A DNA stretch of 64,000 nt from an uncultured Alphaproteobacteria bacterium. Its GTDB lineage: Bacteria > Pseudomonadota > Alphaproteobacteria > Rhizobiales > Methyloligellaceae. The number at the start of each line of letters is the position of its first letter. Position 1 is the first letter of the stretch. The translations under genes were made by a program, and so were the position numbers. Shown piece after piece: positions 18,320 through 28,450 of the stretch. Location of the stretch: the NCBI GenBank assembly GCA_963826465.1, contig CAWGXJ010000020.1, positions 142,806 through 206,805 of the forward strand, written 5' to 3'. The notes under the pieces are model-generated. The model did not search any database. It saw only the letters and a list, made by a program, of their open reading frames with translations, and had not been told where the DNA came from.

Positions 18320-19762
18320 ATGCGGCTCTTGGCAATTCTCAGCACGGTCGTTTTTGGCCTTTTGATCGCGCCAGCGATGGCGCAAGACACGCCGGCGTCC
18401 GGCGGACGCGCAGGCTCAGCTTCTCGACAAGGCGCAGCTCGATCAGCTCGTCGCGCCCATCGCGCTCTATCCCGACGCGCTCCTGTCGCAAGTGCTGATC
18501 GCGTCCACCTATCCGCTCGAGGTCGTGCAGGCGGCGCGCTGGGCCGAGGCCAATAAGGGGCTGACCGGCGCGAAGCTTGACGACGGCGCTGGCCAGCCAA
18601 GACTGGGACGACAGCATCAAGGCGCTGGTCGCCGTGCCGAACGTGTTGTCGATGATGAACGAGCAGCTCGACTGGACGACGAAGCTCGGCGACACGGTGC
18701 TGGCGCAGCAGGCGGACGTGATGGATGCGATCCAGCGTCTCCGCTTGAAGGCCCAGGCCAACGGCAAGCTGGAGTCGACCGAGCAGCAAAAGGTCAGCGT
18801 GAGCGAACCGGAAGGGTCGGCTCAGCCCGTCGTCGTGATCGAGCAGGCCTCGCCCGAGACGGTCTACGTTCCCTATTACGATCCGGCGGTGGTCTACGGG
18901 CCTTGGCCGTACCCGGATTATCAGCCCTATTATTTCCGTCCCGGTCCCGGATGGGTGGTCGGCGGCGCGATCGCGACAGGGCTCGCGTGGAGCGCAGGCT
19001 TCGCCATCGGCAACGCCATATGGGGTGACGGCTTCGATTGGCGTCACAACGACATCCACGTCAACGTCAACCGGAACGTCAACATCAACAACAAGAACGT
19101 CAACGTCACGAACTGGCAGCACAACTCGGTGCACCGGCGCGGCGTGAGCTACAACAACACGCAAGTGAAGAACAAGTTTGCCAACGCCAACATCAAGTCC
19201 GGCGACAAGAAGCTCGACTTCCGCGGCCGCGGCGGCGAGCAGGTCATCAAGCCGGGCGCCGGCGGCAAGCCGGATCTCGGCGGCAAGCTGCCTGGTCAGG
19301 GCGGCTTGGCGGACAAGAAACCCGATCTCGGCGGCAAAGGACCGGGGCAGGGCAATCTGGCGAACAAGAAGCCGGATCTCGGCGGCAAGGGACCGGGGCA
19401 GGGCAATTTGGCGAACAAGAAGCCCGATCTCGGCGGCAAGGGGCCGGGGCAGGGCAATCTGGCGAACAAGAAGCCGGATCTCGGCGGCAAGAAGCCAAAT
19501 CTCGGCGGTGGTGCGGGCGGCGCGAAGCCCCGTCCCGGCGGAGGGGCCTTCGATGTCAGCGACGGCGCCAAAGCCAAGGATTTCTCCAAGCGCGGCCATG
19601 CCAGCCTCGGCGACCGCGGCCCCAACAATTTCAAGAAGCCTGCCGGCAAACCGAAGTCGCTCGGAAAGCCGGGCGGCGGCGCCAAGGCGAAGTCGATCGG
19701 CAAACCGGGTGCGGTCACCGAAAGCCGGGTGGCGGTGGCGGGCGCGGAGGCGGCGGCGTTAG
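18320..19762 (+). CDS. DUF3300 domain secreted protein with Gly/Lys-rich tail; frameshifts near 18400, 18585 and 19710 (end uncertain, 19762 or 19805)
   Basis: Pieces join to signal peptide + QLDQLVAPIALYPDALLSQVLIASTYPLEVVQAARW + WDDSIKAL...DVMDAIQRLR...VYVPYYDPAVVYGPWPYP...WQHNSVHRRGV. Confidence 0.85.
19267..19510 (+). repeat. 51-bp tandem repeat (about 4.5 copies) encoding KPDLGGKGPGQGNLANK
   Basis: PDL codons recur at 19270, 19321, 19372, 19423 and 19474. Confidence 0.92.
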
Positions 19763-19797
19763 GCAATCATGGGCGAGACCGTTCCAAGGATACTGCG

Positions 19798-20725
19798 ATG
19801 CGTGAAGATCTGCTGGCGGTGCGGAAGTCGGTTTGGCTGCTTCTCGGCGCCGTGTTTCTCGGTTTGTGCAGTCCGGCGTCGGCGCAGGAGCACTTCAAGA
19901 CTCCCGACGAGGCCGTCACCGCATTGGTGGACGCGGCGAAGGCCGGCGATCGGAAGGCGATCGTCAAGGTGCTCGGGCCCGGCGGGCGCGAGATCGTGAG
20001 CTCCGGAGATCCCGTTGCGGACGCCGCGACGCGCGACAAGTTCGTCGCCTCCTACGACCAGAAGCACTCCCTGGTGCCGGACGGGACGGACAAGACCGTT
20101 CTCGTCATCGGCTCCGACGATTTTCCGTTCCCCATTCCTCTCGTCAGCAAGGACGGCGAATGGCAGTTCGACACGGCGGCGGGCCGCGAAGAGATTCTCA
20201 GCCGCCGGATCGGCCGCAACGAGCTTTCGGCGATTCAGGTCGCCCTCGCTTACGTGCAGGCGCAGAACGAGTATGCGTCGCTCGATCCCGCCGGGCTGGG
20301 CCCGCACGCATACGCACAACGGATCGTGAGCAGCCCCGGCAAGAAAGATGGTCTGTATTGGCCGTCCGCGGAGGGAGAGCAGCAAAGTCCGCTTGGCGCG
20401 CTCGCCGCGCAAGCCTCGGGCGAGGGCTACAAGGTCGGCAAGAAGCCAATTCCTTATCACGGCTATTTCTATCGGATTCTCAAGCGTCAGGGTAACGAGC
20501 GCCGACGGGGGCGCCTTCGACTATGTCGTCAAGGGCAAGATGATCGGCGGGTTCGCACTGATCGCCTATCCCGCGCAATACGGAAATTCGGGGATCATGA
20601 CCTTCATGGTCAACCATGAGGGCGTCGTGTTTCAGAAGGACCTGGGGCCGAACACCGCCAAGCTCGCGCGCAAGATCAACGCGTTCTCCCCCGATGCCTC
20701 CTGGACCAAAGTCGACGTCCAGTGA
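19798..20725 (+). CDS. DUF2950 domain secreted protein; frameshift near 20494
   Basis: AAGGA SD + ATG; FPFPIPLV, RRIGRNELSAI, SSPGKKDGLYW, PYHGYFYRIL, then shifted GGFALIAYPAQYGNSGIMTFMVN. Confidence 0.88.
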
Positions 20726-20749
20726 CGCGGGCGAAAGACGGTCTTCGGG

Positions 20750-22112
20750 CTATTGCGCGGGGGCCTCAGCCGGCTTGAGGAAGCGATCGTAGATCCAGCC
20801 GGTCGTCGAACTCGCAGGATCGTTCACCTGCACCCACCTCTTGTCCCGGCCTGTCACGCGGACCTTGAGGCCCCCTTCGGCGACCTTCACCGTCTCCGAG
20901 GACTGCTGGGCCTTCGCGTGCATGTCGACGGCGCTCTTGGTCTCCATCCATTCGCCAGGCGCTTGCGCCTCTTCCGTCGCCGGGCCCAAGCCATAGGCGC
21001 CGTCATGCGGTTTCGTTTCGCCCGGCGGCGCGATGGTCACGACCTTCACCGTGTTGACCTTCGGTGCGGAGTCACTGTTTGACCGACGATGAGGGCTTCT
21101 GCGGCGGCAGCGGTGGTGCCTCGGCGACAGAGCCGGTCACTTCGGCTGTTGCAATCTGCTCCGAGGGCGCGCTCTCGATCGCACCCGCTGTTGCGGTCTG
21201 CTCCGAGGGAGCGAACTCGGCGGAAAACGGATCATCGGTCGTTGCGACCACGGCGGGCGCGGGGGCGACGCTCAGCCGCGACTCCGACTGGGCGAGCACC
21301 GTTCCGTCCCCGGCGACGAGCTCCAGACGCATGTCTGACGAGGCGCTCCGCGTCGGTAGCCGCAAGCGCAATCCGCCGATCTCGTCCGGGCGGAGGCTCC
21401 AGCCGGTGACGCCGTAGGGACGGCCCTCCGAGAACGAGGCACCCTCGGGGAGCGCGGTGATGGCGACGATGCTGCGCGCCGGGAGCGCCGCCGTCGCGTC
21501 GATGGCGATGGGAAAGTCGACGACGTCGCCGGCATTGGCCTCGATCCGGTCTGGCGAGGACAGCGCGACTTCCAAGGCGCTCGAGCGTTGCTCCGGCTGC
21601 GCCGAGCTGGTCGAGGCGGGCGCGCTCACCACGCTCAATTCTTCGGCTGGCGCCACCCCATGACCGACCGGCATACGCTGCCACAGCAGGACCGCAGTTG
21701 GAACGAGCGCAATGCCGAGCAGGGCCGTGATCAGGCCCTTCAAGGGAAGGCGGGACTTTCTCGTGGCGGCGGGAGCGACCATCGGTTTCGGCGCCGGCGA
21801 TCGCGCCGCGCCGTTCCCTTCGGCTCGCGGCCGGGCGACCTGCGGGTGCGATGCTGCAATGGCCGGCCTCGCAGGGGGCGATGCCGGTCTGGTCCCGTCG
21901 CGGAGCGGTTCGTCGAAGCGCTCGAGCAACGTCGCAATATCCGGGCTCGAAGTGGTTGATGCGTCACTGGAAAGCTGTGACGCAAGTCGGGAGGCCGACT
22001 CCCTGAGAGGCGGCAATTTGTGAGCGTAGTTCCGGACGGAAGACGACGACTGCATGACTCTCTCCTGGCCCGTTATTGAGAGCGTGCCATTTCGATCACT
22101 GTCAAGAGCCAT
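20750..22112 (-). CDS. Hypothetical membrane-anchored protein with an Ig-like region and C-terminal SH3b-like domain; frameshift near 21080
   Basis: ORF 21072-22112 (one TM segment; ITALPEGASFSEGRPYG...WSLRPDEI) continues in another frame as NSDSAPKVNTVKVVTI...VTGRDKRWVQVNDP...GWIYDRFL. Confidence 0.65.
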
Positions 22113-22184
22113 AATTAACGATGAAAAGGGACAGGAATATGCCCGCCAAGCCCCGCGGCGAGCGATCGTGGCGCGCGCCGGGCC

Positions 22185-22955
22185 TTACGAGACGGCTTCC
22201 TGCGTTTTCGGATGATTGCCCGCTCGTTGCGGCAGAATGACAATCAGCGCGACGATCAGGGCGCCGAGCGCCGCAGAGGCGATCGGGCGGCTCAAGGCCA
22301 GTCCGCCGTCGTGCAGGGGCTTGTCGAGGAAATCGCCGACTGTCGCGCCGAGAGGCCGCGTGAGAATGAACGCAGCCCAGAACAGCAGCACGCGCGAGAT
22401 GTTCGTCCGGAAATAGGCGGCGGCCACGACCGCGAGCCCGGCACCGAACAGGAGCGCTCCGCCTTCATAGCCGAGGCCGGCGTCGGCCACCCAGTCGCCA
22501 AGGGCGGTGCCCAAGGTCTGGGACAGGGTAATCGTCGCCCAGTAGAAGGCTTCGACCCGTGGCGTGCTGACCGTCTCAACCGACACGGAGCCTTCCGACC
22601 GGTACCACAGGCCGAGCACCGCCATGACGGAGGCAAGCAGGATGAGGGAGCCCCCGGCGTAGCCGATGCCGAGCGACCGGTCGGCGAAATCGGCCATGGT
22701 CGTACCCACGGTCGTCGAGGCCACGATCGTCGCCCAATAGAGGAAGGGATGGAATTTCTTGGCGGCAATCTGGAGCACCACCAGTACGACCAGAGCAACG
22801 AGGAAGATCGCCGTCCCCGCAAGATAGCCGAGACCCATGGTCATGGTGACCGTGTCACCGCCGGTCTCGCCAAGGGTCGTCGCAAGTATCTTGATGATCC
22901 AGAAGCCGAGGGTGACTTCGGGGACCTTGCTCAGGGTGTCAGAACCGCGCGTCAT
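22185..22955 (-). CDS. COG4705 / DUF347-repeat membrane protein
   Basis: SKVPEVTLGFWIIKILATTLGETGGD, FYWATITLSQTLGTALGD, FWAAFILTRPLGATVGD. Confidence 0.92.
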   Translation of the reverse strand: MTRGSDTLSKVPEVTLGFWIIKILATTLGETGGDTVTMTMGLGYLAGTAIFLVALVVLVVLQIAAKKFHPFLYWATIVASTTVGTTMADFADRSLGIGYAGGSLILLASVMAVLGLWYRSEGSVSVETVSTPRVEAFYWATITLSQTLGTALGDWVADAGLGYEGGALLFGAGLAVVAAAYFRTNISRVLLFWAAFILTRPLGATVGDFLDKPLHDGGLALSRPIASAALGALIVALIVILPQRAGNHPKTQEAVS

Positions 22956-22969
22956 CTCGTATCCATGCC

Positions 22970-23284
22970 TTAGTCCGGATTGGGTCCTTCTTTGGCATCT
23001 TCCAGCACGCTGCCGGTGATGGCGTCGATGCCGATCTCGTAAGTGACGCTGCCACTTTTCATATCGAATGAATAGCGCAGACCGCTGCCGCCTCGTTCCT
23101 TCTCCAACTCCTCGTCGGTGATGCTGCCCGGACGAGCCTTCAGCGCAATCGAACGGGCCTCGTCGAGAGTAATCTTGGCTTTCCCAGCCAGTTCCTGACC
23201 GGTGTATGCGAGTGCGCTGACAGGTAAAAGCGTGACTAGGGCGCCAGCGATAAGAGGGTGGATGAGGCGTGTGGGCTTTTTCAT
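22970..23284 (-). CDS. Secreted PepSY domain protein
   Basis: Signal peptide; AKITLDEARSIALKARPG...ELEKE...YEIGIDAITGSVL. Confidence 0.9.
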   Translation of the reverse strand: MKKPTRLIHPLIAGALVTLLPVSALAYTGQELAGKAKITLDEARSIALKARPGSITDEELEKERGGSGLRYSFDMKSGSVTYEIGIDAITGSVLEDAKEGPNPD

Positions 23285-23470
23285 TCAAGGTCTCCAGGCG
23301 GTAAGGAGGGGCGCGCTTTCGCTCGTTCAGCGCGGGGCAGTTGGCACGCTAGCAGAGCAAGTGTGGGAGCCGATTTCCCGAAGTATACGATTTGGTAACC
23401 TGACAATTGGCGGCTGGCGCCGTGCCTGCGTTTCGGTGAAATTCGTGTCTCGTTTGACCGAGGATCGCCG

Positions 23471-24148
23471 ATGCGTGTCCTTATCGTCGAAGATGACGCC
23501 GAAACGGCAGCCTACATCGTGGATGGTCTGAAGCAGGGCGGCCACGTGGCGGATCACGTGGCAGACGGACGCGATGCCTTGTTTCTCGCCACATCAAATC
23601 CCTATGACGTGCTCGTGGTCGATCGAATGCTGCCGGGCTTGGAGGGGCTCGCGCTGGTGAAGACCATCCGCGGGGCTGGAATACAAACTCCCGTCCTGTT
23701 TCTTACGGCTCGCGGAGGAATAGACGACCGGGTTGCGGGACTCGATGCGGGGGGAGACGATTATCTCGTCAAGCCGTTCGCGTTCTCGGAACTCAACGCA
23801 CGGATCGCCGCGCTCGCGCGGCGGCCACCGCTTGCTCAGGCTGAGACGAAACTGCGGGTTGCCGACTTGGAAATCGACCTGCTCAGCCGTCGCGTGAAAC
23901 GCGGGGCATTGAGCGTCGATCTGCAGCCGCGTGAGTTCCGTCTGCTGGAATATCTCATGCGCAACGCGGATCGTGTCGTGACCCGCACGATGTTGCTTGA
24001 GCATGTCTGGGAATTTCACTTCGATCCAAAAACCAAGATCGTGGAAACTCACATCAGCCGGCTTCGCTCGAAAATCAATCAAGGTGCTGCGCAGGAGCTC
24101 ATTCATACGATCAGAGGATCTGGGTATGTTATTCGGGCGCCTTCCTAG
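23471..24148 (+). CDS. OmpR-family response regulator
   Basis: LIVEDD, VDRMLPG, FLTA, DDYLVKPF, REFRLLEYLM, HTIRGSGY. Confidence 0.96.
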   Translation: MRVLIVEDDAETAAYIVDGLKQGGHVADHVADGRDALFLATSNPYDVLVVDRMLPGLEGLALVKTIRGAGIQTPVLFLTARGGIDDRVAGLDAGGDDYLVKPFAFSELNARIAALARRPPLAQAETKLRVADLEIDLLSRRVKRGALSVDLQPREFRLLEYLMRNADRVVTRTMLLEHVWEFHFDPKTKIVETHISRLRSKINQGAAQELIHTIRGSGYVIRAPS

Positions 24149-25604
24149 AACCATGCGGACCGCGAGCTTCAGGCTCGCCGCGTTGTACGCAGCGCTCTTT
24201 TCGGCCTCGGTCCTGATCCTCGGGGCGGTCGTCTATTTGACGGTGCAGGCTTCGCTCGATCGGCAACTGAGAGAGCGGGTCGACGCGGAAATAAGTCTGC
24301 TGCAGCAGGAGTTCAGGTCGGAGGGTCTTCAGGAGCTCGTCAAGGAAGTAGATGAGCGCACTGCCTACTTTCCCGCACTCAGCTATCTGGTGCTGGATCG
24401 AAACGGAAATCGGCTGACCGGTAACCTGCCGAAGATGCCCAAAGCTTTGGGCTGGTCGGACGCCGAAACCGAAGGCACTCAGGGCAGGGGGGAAAAACAG
24501 TTTCGGGTTCGGTCGGTCATCCTCGGGGACGGCGTTCGCCTCGCCGTTGGTGACGATCTCAAATCTTCCGAGCAGATCCATGAGGCGCTCTTGGGTGGCC
24601 TTGGCTCGGTGTTGCTTGTCTTCTTGTTGCTGACTTTGTCCGGGGGGCTGCTTCTCAGTCGCGGCTTTCTTAGCCGTGTCGACGTGATAACGCAGACCGC
24701 CGAGGCCATCATCGAGGGAAAACTGAGCAGACGCGTTCCGTTGCGTGGAACCGACGATCACTTCGATCGTCTGTCTAGCACGCTCAACCACATGCTCGAT
24801 CGTATCAATGCGCTGATGCAAAGCCTTAGCCACGTGTCCGCCGAGATTGCCCACGCCCTTAGGACACCCCTCGGTCGCCTCCGACAGAAGCTGGAAGTTG
24901 CGCGGGCTGATGCGAGGCGAAACGGCGAGAACGAGACTCTGATCGATGCCGCCATTACGGAGACCGACACGATCCTCGATACGTTTTCGGCGCTTTTGCG
25001 AATCGCGCAGATAGAAGCCGCGACGCGCTATCGGGGATTTCGGCAGCTCGATCTAAGCGCGTTGTTCAATACGGTAGCCGATGCCTATTCCACGGCGGCA
25101 GAAGACGAGGGTAAACAGCTCGTAGCCGAGATCGAGCCGGACTTGGTCAGTTGGGGTGACCGCGACCTGCTTGCGGAGATGTTGGCAGCTCTTCTGGATA
25201 ACGCCATTCGCCATACACCGGCCGGGACCCGCATTGACCTCAATCTCCAAAAGCGCGGCTCCAGAATCATTGCAAGCGTCGCCGACAGCGGACCGGGGGT
25301 ACCTGCCGAAGAGAGGGAAAACGTCTTTCGGCGGTTTTATCGGCTCGAAGGCAGCAGAACGACTTCGGGCAACGGGCTTGGTCTCGCGCTGGTTGCCGCC
25401 GTCGCGGAGCTGCATGGGCTCGAGCTTCAGGTCGGCGACAACGAGCCCGGCCTGCGAATGACGCTCGCTTTCGAGACGTGTGAGGCCGTAAGTCCGGGCG
25501 CATGCGAGCGGCCCGGTGACGAGGCCGGAGGGGGTCCTTCTGCCGCCACCCCCCGAGCCGATTTCCCCTTACCAGGGCTCGCGCGGCGCCCGGCAAGCCA
25601 ATGA
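24126..25604 (+). CDS. HAMP-domain sensor histidine kinase (HisKA) with atypical H-box HALRTPL
   Basis: Two TM segments, HAMP, LLDNAIRH, DSGPGVP, FRRFYR, GNGLGL. Confidence 0.92.
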   Translation: MLFGRLPRTMRTASFRLAALYAALFSASVLILGAVVYLTVQASLDRQLRERVDAEISLLQQEFRSEGLQELVKEVDERTAYFPALSYLVLDRNGNRLTGNLPKMPKALGWSDAETEGTQGRGEKQFRVRSVILGDGVRLAVGDDLKSSEQIHEALLGGLGSVLLVFLLLTLSGGLLLSRGFLSRVDVITQTAEAIIEGKLSRRVPLRGTDDHFDRLSSTLNHMLDRINALMQSLSHVSAEIAHALRTPLGRLRQKLEVARADARRNGENETLIDAAITETDTILDTFSALLRIAQIEAATRYRGFRQLDLSALFNTVADAYSTAAEDEGKQLVAEIEPDLVSWGDRDLLAEMLAALLDNAIRHTPAGTRIDLNLQKRGSRIIASVADSGPGVPAEERENVFRRFYRLEGSRTTSGNGLGLALVAAVAELHGLELQVGDNEPGLRMTLAFETCEAVSPGACERPGDEAGGGPSAATPRADFPLPGLARRPASQ

Positions 25605-25712
25605 AACACGCCCGCGACAAAATTCCGTTGTGAGTGTGTCCTCGGTGCAATTGATCTTAGGGGACGCCTCGTATAACTAACGCGCTTCAAGCTCAGCTAA
25701 CGAGGTAACGAG

Positions 25713-26090
25713 ATGCGCCTAGGCGCTGGTGGGTGGCTTTTGGCCGGTCTGGTCGTGTTGATGTCGCAAGCGGCGTTTGGCGGCAACCTTTCGGCCTCAC
25801 TCAAGAACTATTACGCCGAGTATGAGATTGTCCTGCAATGCCAGCTGGAGTCGCAGCTTTCTGCCGAGGACACCGACGCGGCCAAGACGGCGATCGCGAA
25901 GATCGAGACGTATTATTTGAAGCGCGACGCCTCGATCGATAAGGAGCACCTGCTGAAGCAGGCCGTCGCCGACAAGAACGAGGGGTTCAGGATCATGGCG
26001 CGGAGCGGCCAGTCCGGTCTCAGGCCCTATTGCCGCCAGTCGTTGCAGGATCTCCTGGTCAAGGCCGGGGATATCGGCCCGAGCAGCTAA
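25713..26090 (+). CDS. Secreted hypothetical protein
   Basis: GAGG SD, signal peptide, two Cys, coding-like codon usage. Confidence 0.7.
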   Translation: MRLGAGGWLLAGLVVLMSQAAFGGNLSASLKNYYAEYEIVLQCQLESQLSAEDTDAAKTAIAKIETYYLKRDASIDKEHLLKQAVADKNEGFRIMARSGQSGLRPYCRQSLQDLLVKAGDIGPSS

Positions 26091-26148
26091 GGGTCCGCAA
26101 GGCCGGCGAGCCCGACCCCGCGTCAGAGCAAACCCGAGATCTTCAACC

Positions 26149-26955
26149 TTAGTCGATGAGGAAGTTGTCGGCCGAGTCCGGCCCCGCCTTCGGCAGGGCC
26201 TCGGCCTCGTCCTTGAGATTGACCCCGGAGAGACCCCGCCGCCGCGCCTCGGTCATCAGATAGGTCAGTCTGTGGGCGGCGTGGTGGTAGCTCAAGCCTT
26301 CGGGCCGGACGTTGGAGATGCAGTTCCGCGACTCGTCGGTGAGGCCGACCTTCGGCGAAAACGTCAGGTAGATCCCCATGCTGTCGGGCGAGCTCAAGCC
26401 GGGCCGCTCGCCGATCAGGATGACGACCATTTTCGCCCCTAGGACCTCGCCGATCTCGTCCCCAACGGCCACGCGGGCCCCCTCGACGATGCAAAGGGGC
26501 GCCACCCGCCAGCCGCTCGCCTCAAGCTGCGGCAGCATGACGCCGAGGAATTTGACGGCGTTCTCCTCGATGGCGAAGGCGGAGAGCCCGTCGCCGATGA
26601 CGAATGCGACGTCGTAAGGTTCCGTCGGTTTGGATAGCTCCTCGAGCCGTGCCCGGGATTCCGCATCGAGCCGCCGGCCCTTGTCGGGCCGCTGCAGGTA
26701 GACGGGCCGGCTCTCCGCGCTCGAGTGCAGGAGAATCGTCTCATGGCCGCTCGCCTCGAGAGCCGCTTTGAGGGCAGGGACGTCCACCGCGTGATGGACC
26801 GCGTCGCGGGCGCGGGCATGCGCCAGTTGAAATTCGAGATGCGGCTTGGTTGGAAGGCTCGTGCCGGCGCGGCCGAGAGCTATGCGGGCCGGCGTGTAGC
26901 GGCGGAGCTTGCTCCAGGGGTCGCCGACGACGATATCGCGCTTGTCCTCGGTCAT
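26149..26955 (-). CDS. eutC: Ethanolamine ammonia-lyase small subunit
   Basis: [55 protein letters not shown]. Confidence 0.97.
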   Translation of the reverse strand: MTEDKRDIVVGDPWSKLRRYTPARIALGRAGTSLPTKPHLEFQLAHARARDAVHHAVDVPALKAALEASGHETILLHSSAESRPVYLQRPDKGRRLDAESRARLEELSKPTEPYDVAFVIGDGLSAFAIEENAVKFLGVMLPQLEASGWRVAPLCIVEGARVAVGDEIGEVLGAKMVVILIGERPGLSSPDSMGIYLTFSPKVGLTDESRNCISNVRPEGLSYHHAAHRLTYLMTEARRRGLSGVNLKDEAEALPKAGPDSADNFLID

Positions 26956-26959
26956 GCCG

Positions 26960-28348
26960 TCAGTGCAGATGCTCGAGTGCGCGTTGGAAGGACTTCGGCA
27001 GGGCGTTGCCGAGCCGCATCTCCTCGGACTGCTCGAAGATGCCGGTCTCCTTCAGCCAGTCCTCGAATTCTGGAGCCGGACGCAGGCCGAGAACCTTCCG
27101 AACATAGAGGGCGTCGTGGAACGACGTGGTCTGGTAGTTGAGCATGATGTCGTCGGAGCCGGGAATGCCCATGATGAAGTTGACGCCGGCGACGGACAGC
27201 AGCGTCAAGAGCACGTCCATGTCGTTCTGGTCGGCCTCGGCGTGGTTCGTGTAGCAGATGTCGACGCCCATCGGCACGCCGAGCAGCTTGCCGCAGAAAT
27301 GATCCTCGAGCCCAGCGCGCACGATCTGGGGTCCATCGTAAAGATATTCGGGGCCGATGAAGCCGACGACGGTGTTCAAGAGCAGCGGCTCGAACTTGCG
27401 GGCGACGGCGTAGGCCCGCGTCTCGAGCGTCTGCTGATCGACACCATGGTGGGCGTTGGCGGAGAGGGCGCTGCCCTGGCCGGTCTCGAAATACATCACG
27501 TTATTGCCGACGGTGCCGCGGCCGAGCGCGAGCGCCGCCTCGCGGCCTTCCTGGAGCATGGCGAGATTGATGCCGAAGCTCTTATTGGCCGCCTCGGTGC
27601 CGGCGATCGACTGGAACACCAGGTCGATGGGCGCGCCGCGTTTGATGGCTTCGATGCTGGTTGTGACGTGAGTGAGGACGCAAGACTGCGTGGGGATGGC
27701 GTAGCGGCGGATGATCTCGTCCAGCATTTCGAGCAGGGTCGTGACGGCGGCGATGGAATCGGTCGCCGGGTTGATGCCGATGACCGCATCGCCGTTCCCG
27801 TACATGAGGCCGTCGACGATGCTGGCGGCAATCCCTGTCGGATCGTCGGTGGGGTGGTTCGGCTGGAGGCGCGTCGAGAGCCGGCCCTTGAGCCCAATCG
27901 TGTTGCGAAACTTCGTCACGACGCGGCATTTCTGCGCGACGAGGATCAGATCTTGCACGCGGCAGATCTTGGAGACGGCGGCGACGATCTCCGGCGTGAG
28001 GCCGGGCGCGAGGGCCTTCAGAGAGGTCTCGGTCGCCGCGTCCGACAGAAGCCAGTCGCGAAAGCCGCCGACGGTGAGATGGGAGATGGTTGCGAACGCC
28101 TTCTTGTCGTGGCTGTCGACGATGAGCCGGGTGACCTCGTCGTCCTCGTAAGGGACGACGGCCTCCGACAAGAAGACGGCGAGGGGCAGGTCGGCGAGCG
28201 CCATCTGCGCCGCCACGCGCTCCTCGTCATCGCCCGCCGCGACCCCTGCGAGATAGTCGCCCGATCGGGCCGGGGTCGCCTTGGCGAGCAGGTCCTTGAG
28301 CGAGCCGAATGTATAGGTCTGCCCGCCGACCGCGTGGGAATAGCGCAT
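26960..28348 (-). CDS. eutB: Ethanolamine ammonia-lyase large subunit
   Basis: [54 protein letters not shown]. Confidence 0.98.
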   Translation of the reverse strand: MRYSHAVGGQTYTFGSLKDLLAKATPARSGDYLAGVAAGDDEERVAAQMALADLPLAVFLSEAVVPYEDDEVTRLIVDSHDKKAFATISHLTVGGFRDWLLSDAATETSLKALAPGLTPEIVAAVSKICRVQDLILVAQKCRVVTKFRNTIGLKGRLSTRLQPNHPTDDPTGIAASIVDGLMYGNGDAVIGINPATDSIAAVTTLLEMLDEIIRRYAIPTQSCVLTHVTTSIEAIKRGAPIDLVFQSIAGTEAANKSFGINLAMLQEGREAALALGRGTVGNNVMYFETGQGSALSANAHHGVDQQTLETRAYAVARKFEPLLLNTVVGFIGPEYLYDGPQIVRAGLEDHFCGKLLGVPMGVDICYTNHAEADQNDMDVLLTLLSVAGVNFIMGIPGSDDIMLNYQTTSFHDALYVRKVLGLRPAPEFEDWLKETGIFEQSEEMRLGNALPKSFQRALEHLH

Positions 28349-28450
28349 GATGCGAGTCCTTCTCGACCGTAGGACATGTAAGGTCCGGCATCACCCGGCG
28401 CTAGACCGGATGATGCCGATTGTCGAATGCCCGAAGTCGCAAACTCGCGG

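Noticed and set aside
19267-19510. Regular repeats resembling a CRISPR array
   Set aside because: In-frame 51-bp coding repeats with mostly synonymous variation, no unique spacers and no cas genes.
18577-20619. 680-aa apparent DUF3300-DUF2950 fusion
   Set aside because: Produced by an indel near 19710: the Gly-rich tail continues in another frame, and DUF2950 has its own SD, ATG and signal peptide at 19798.
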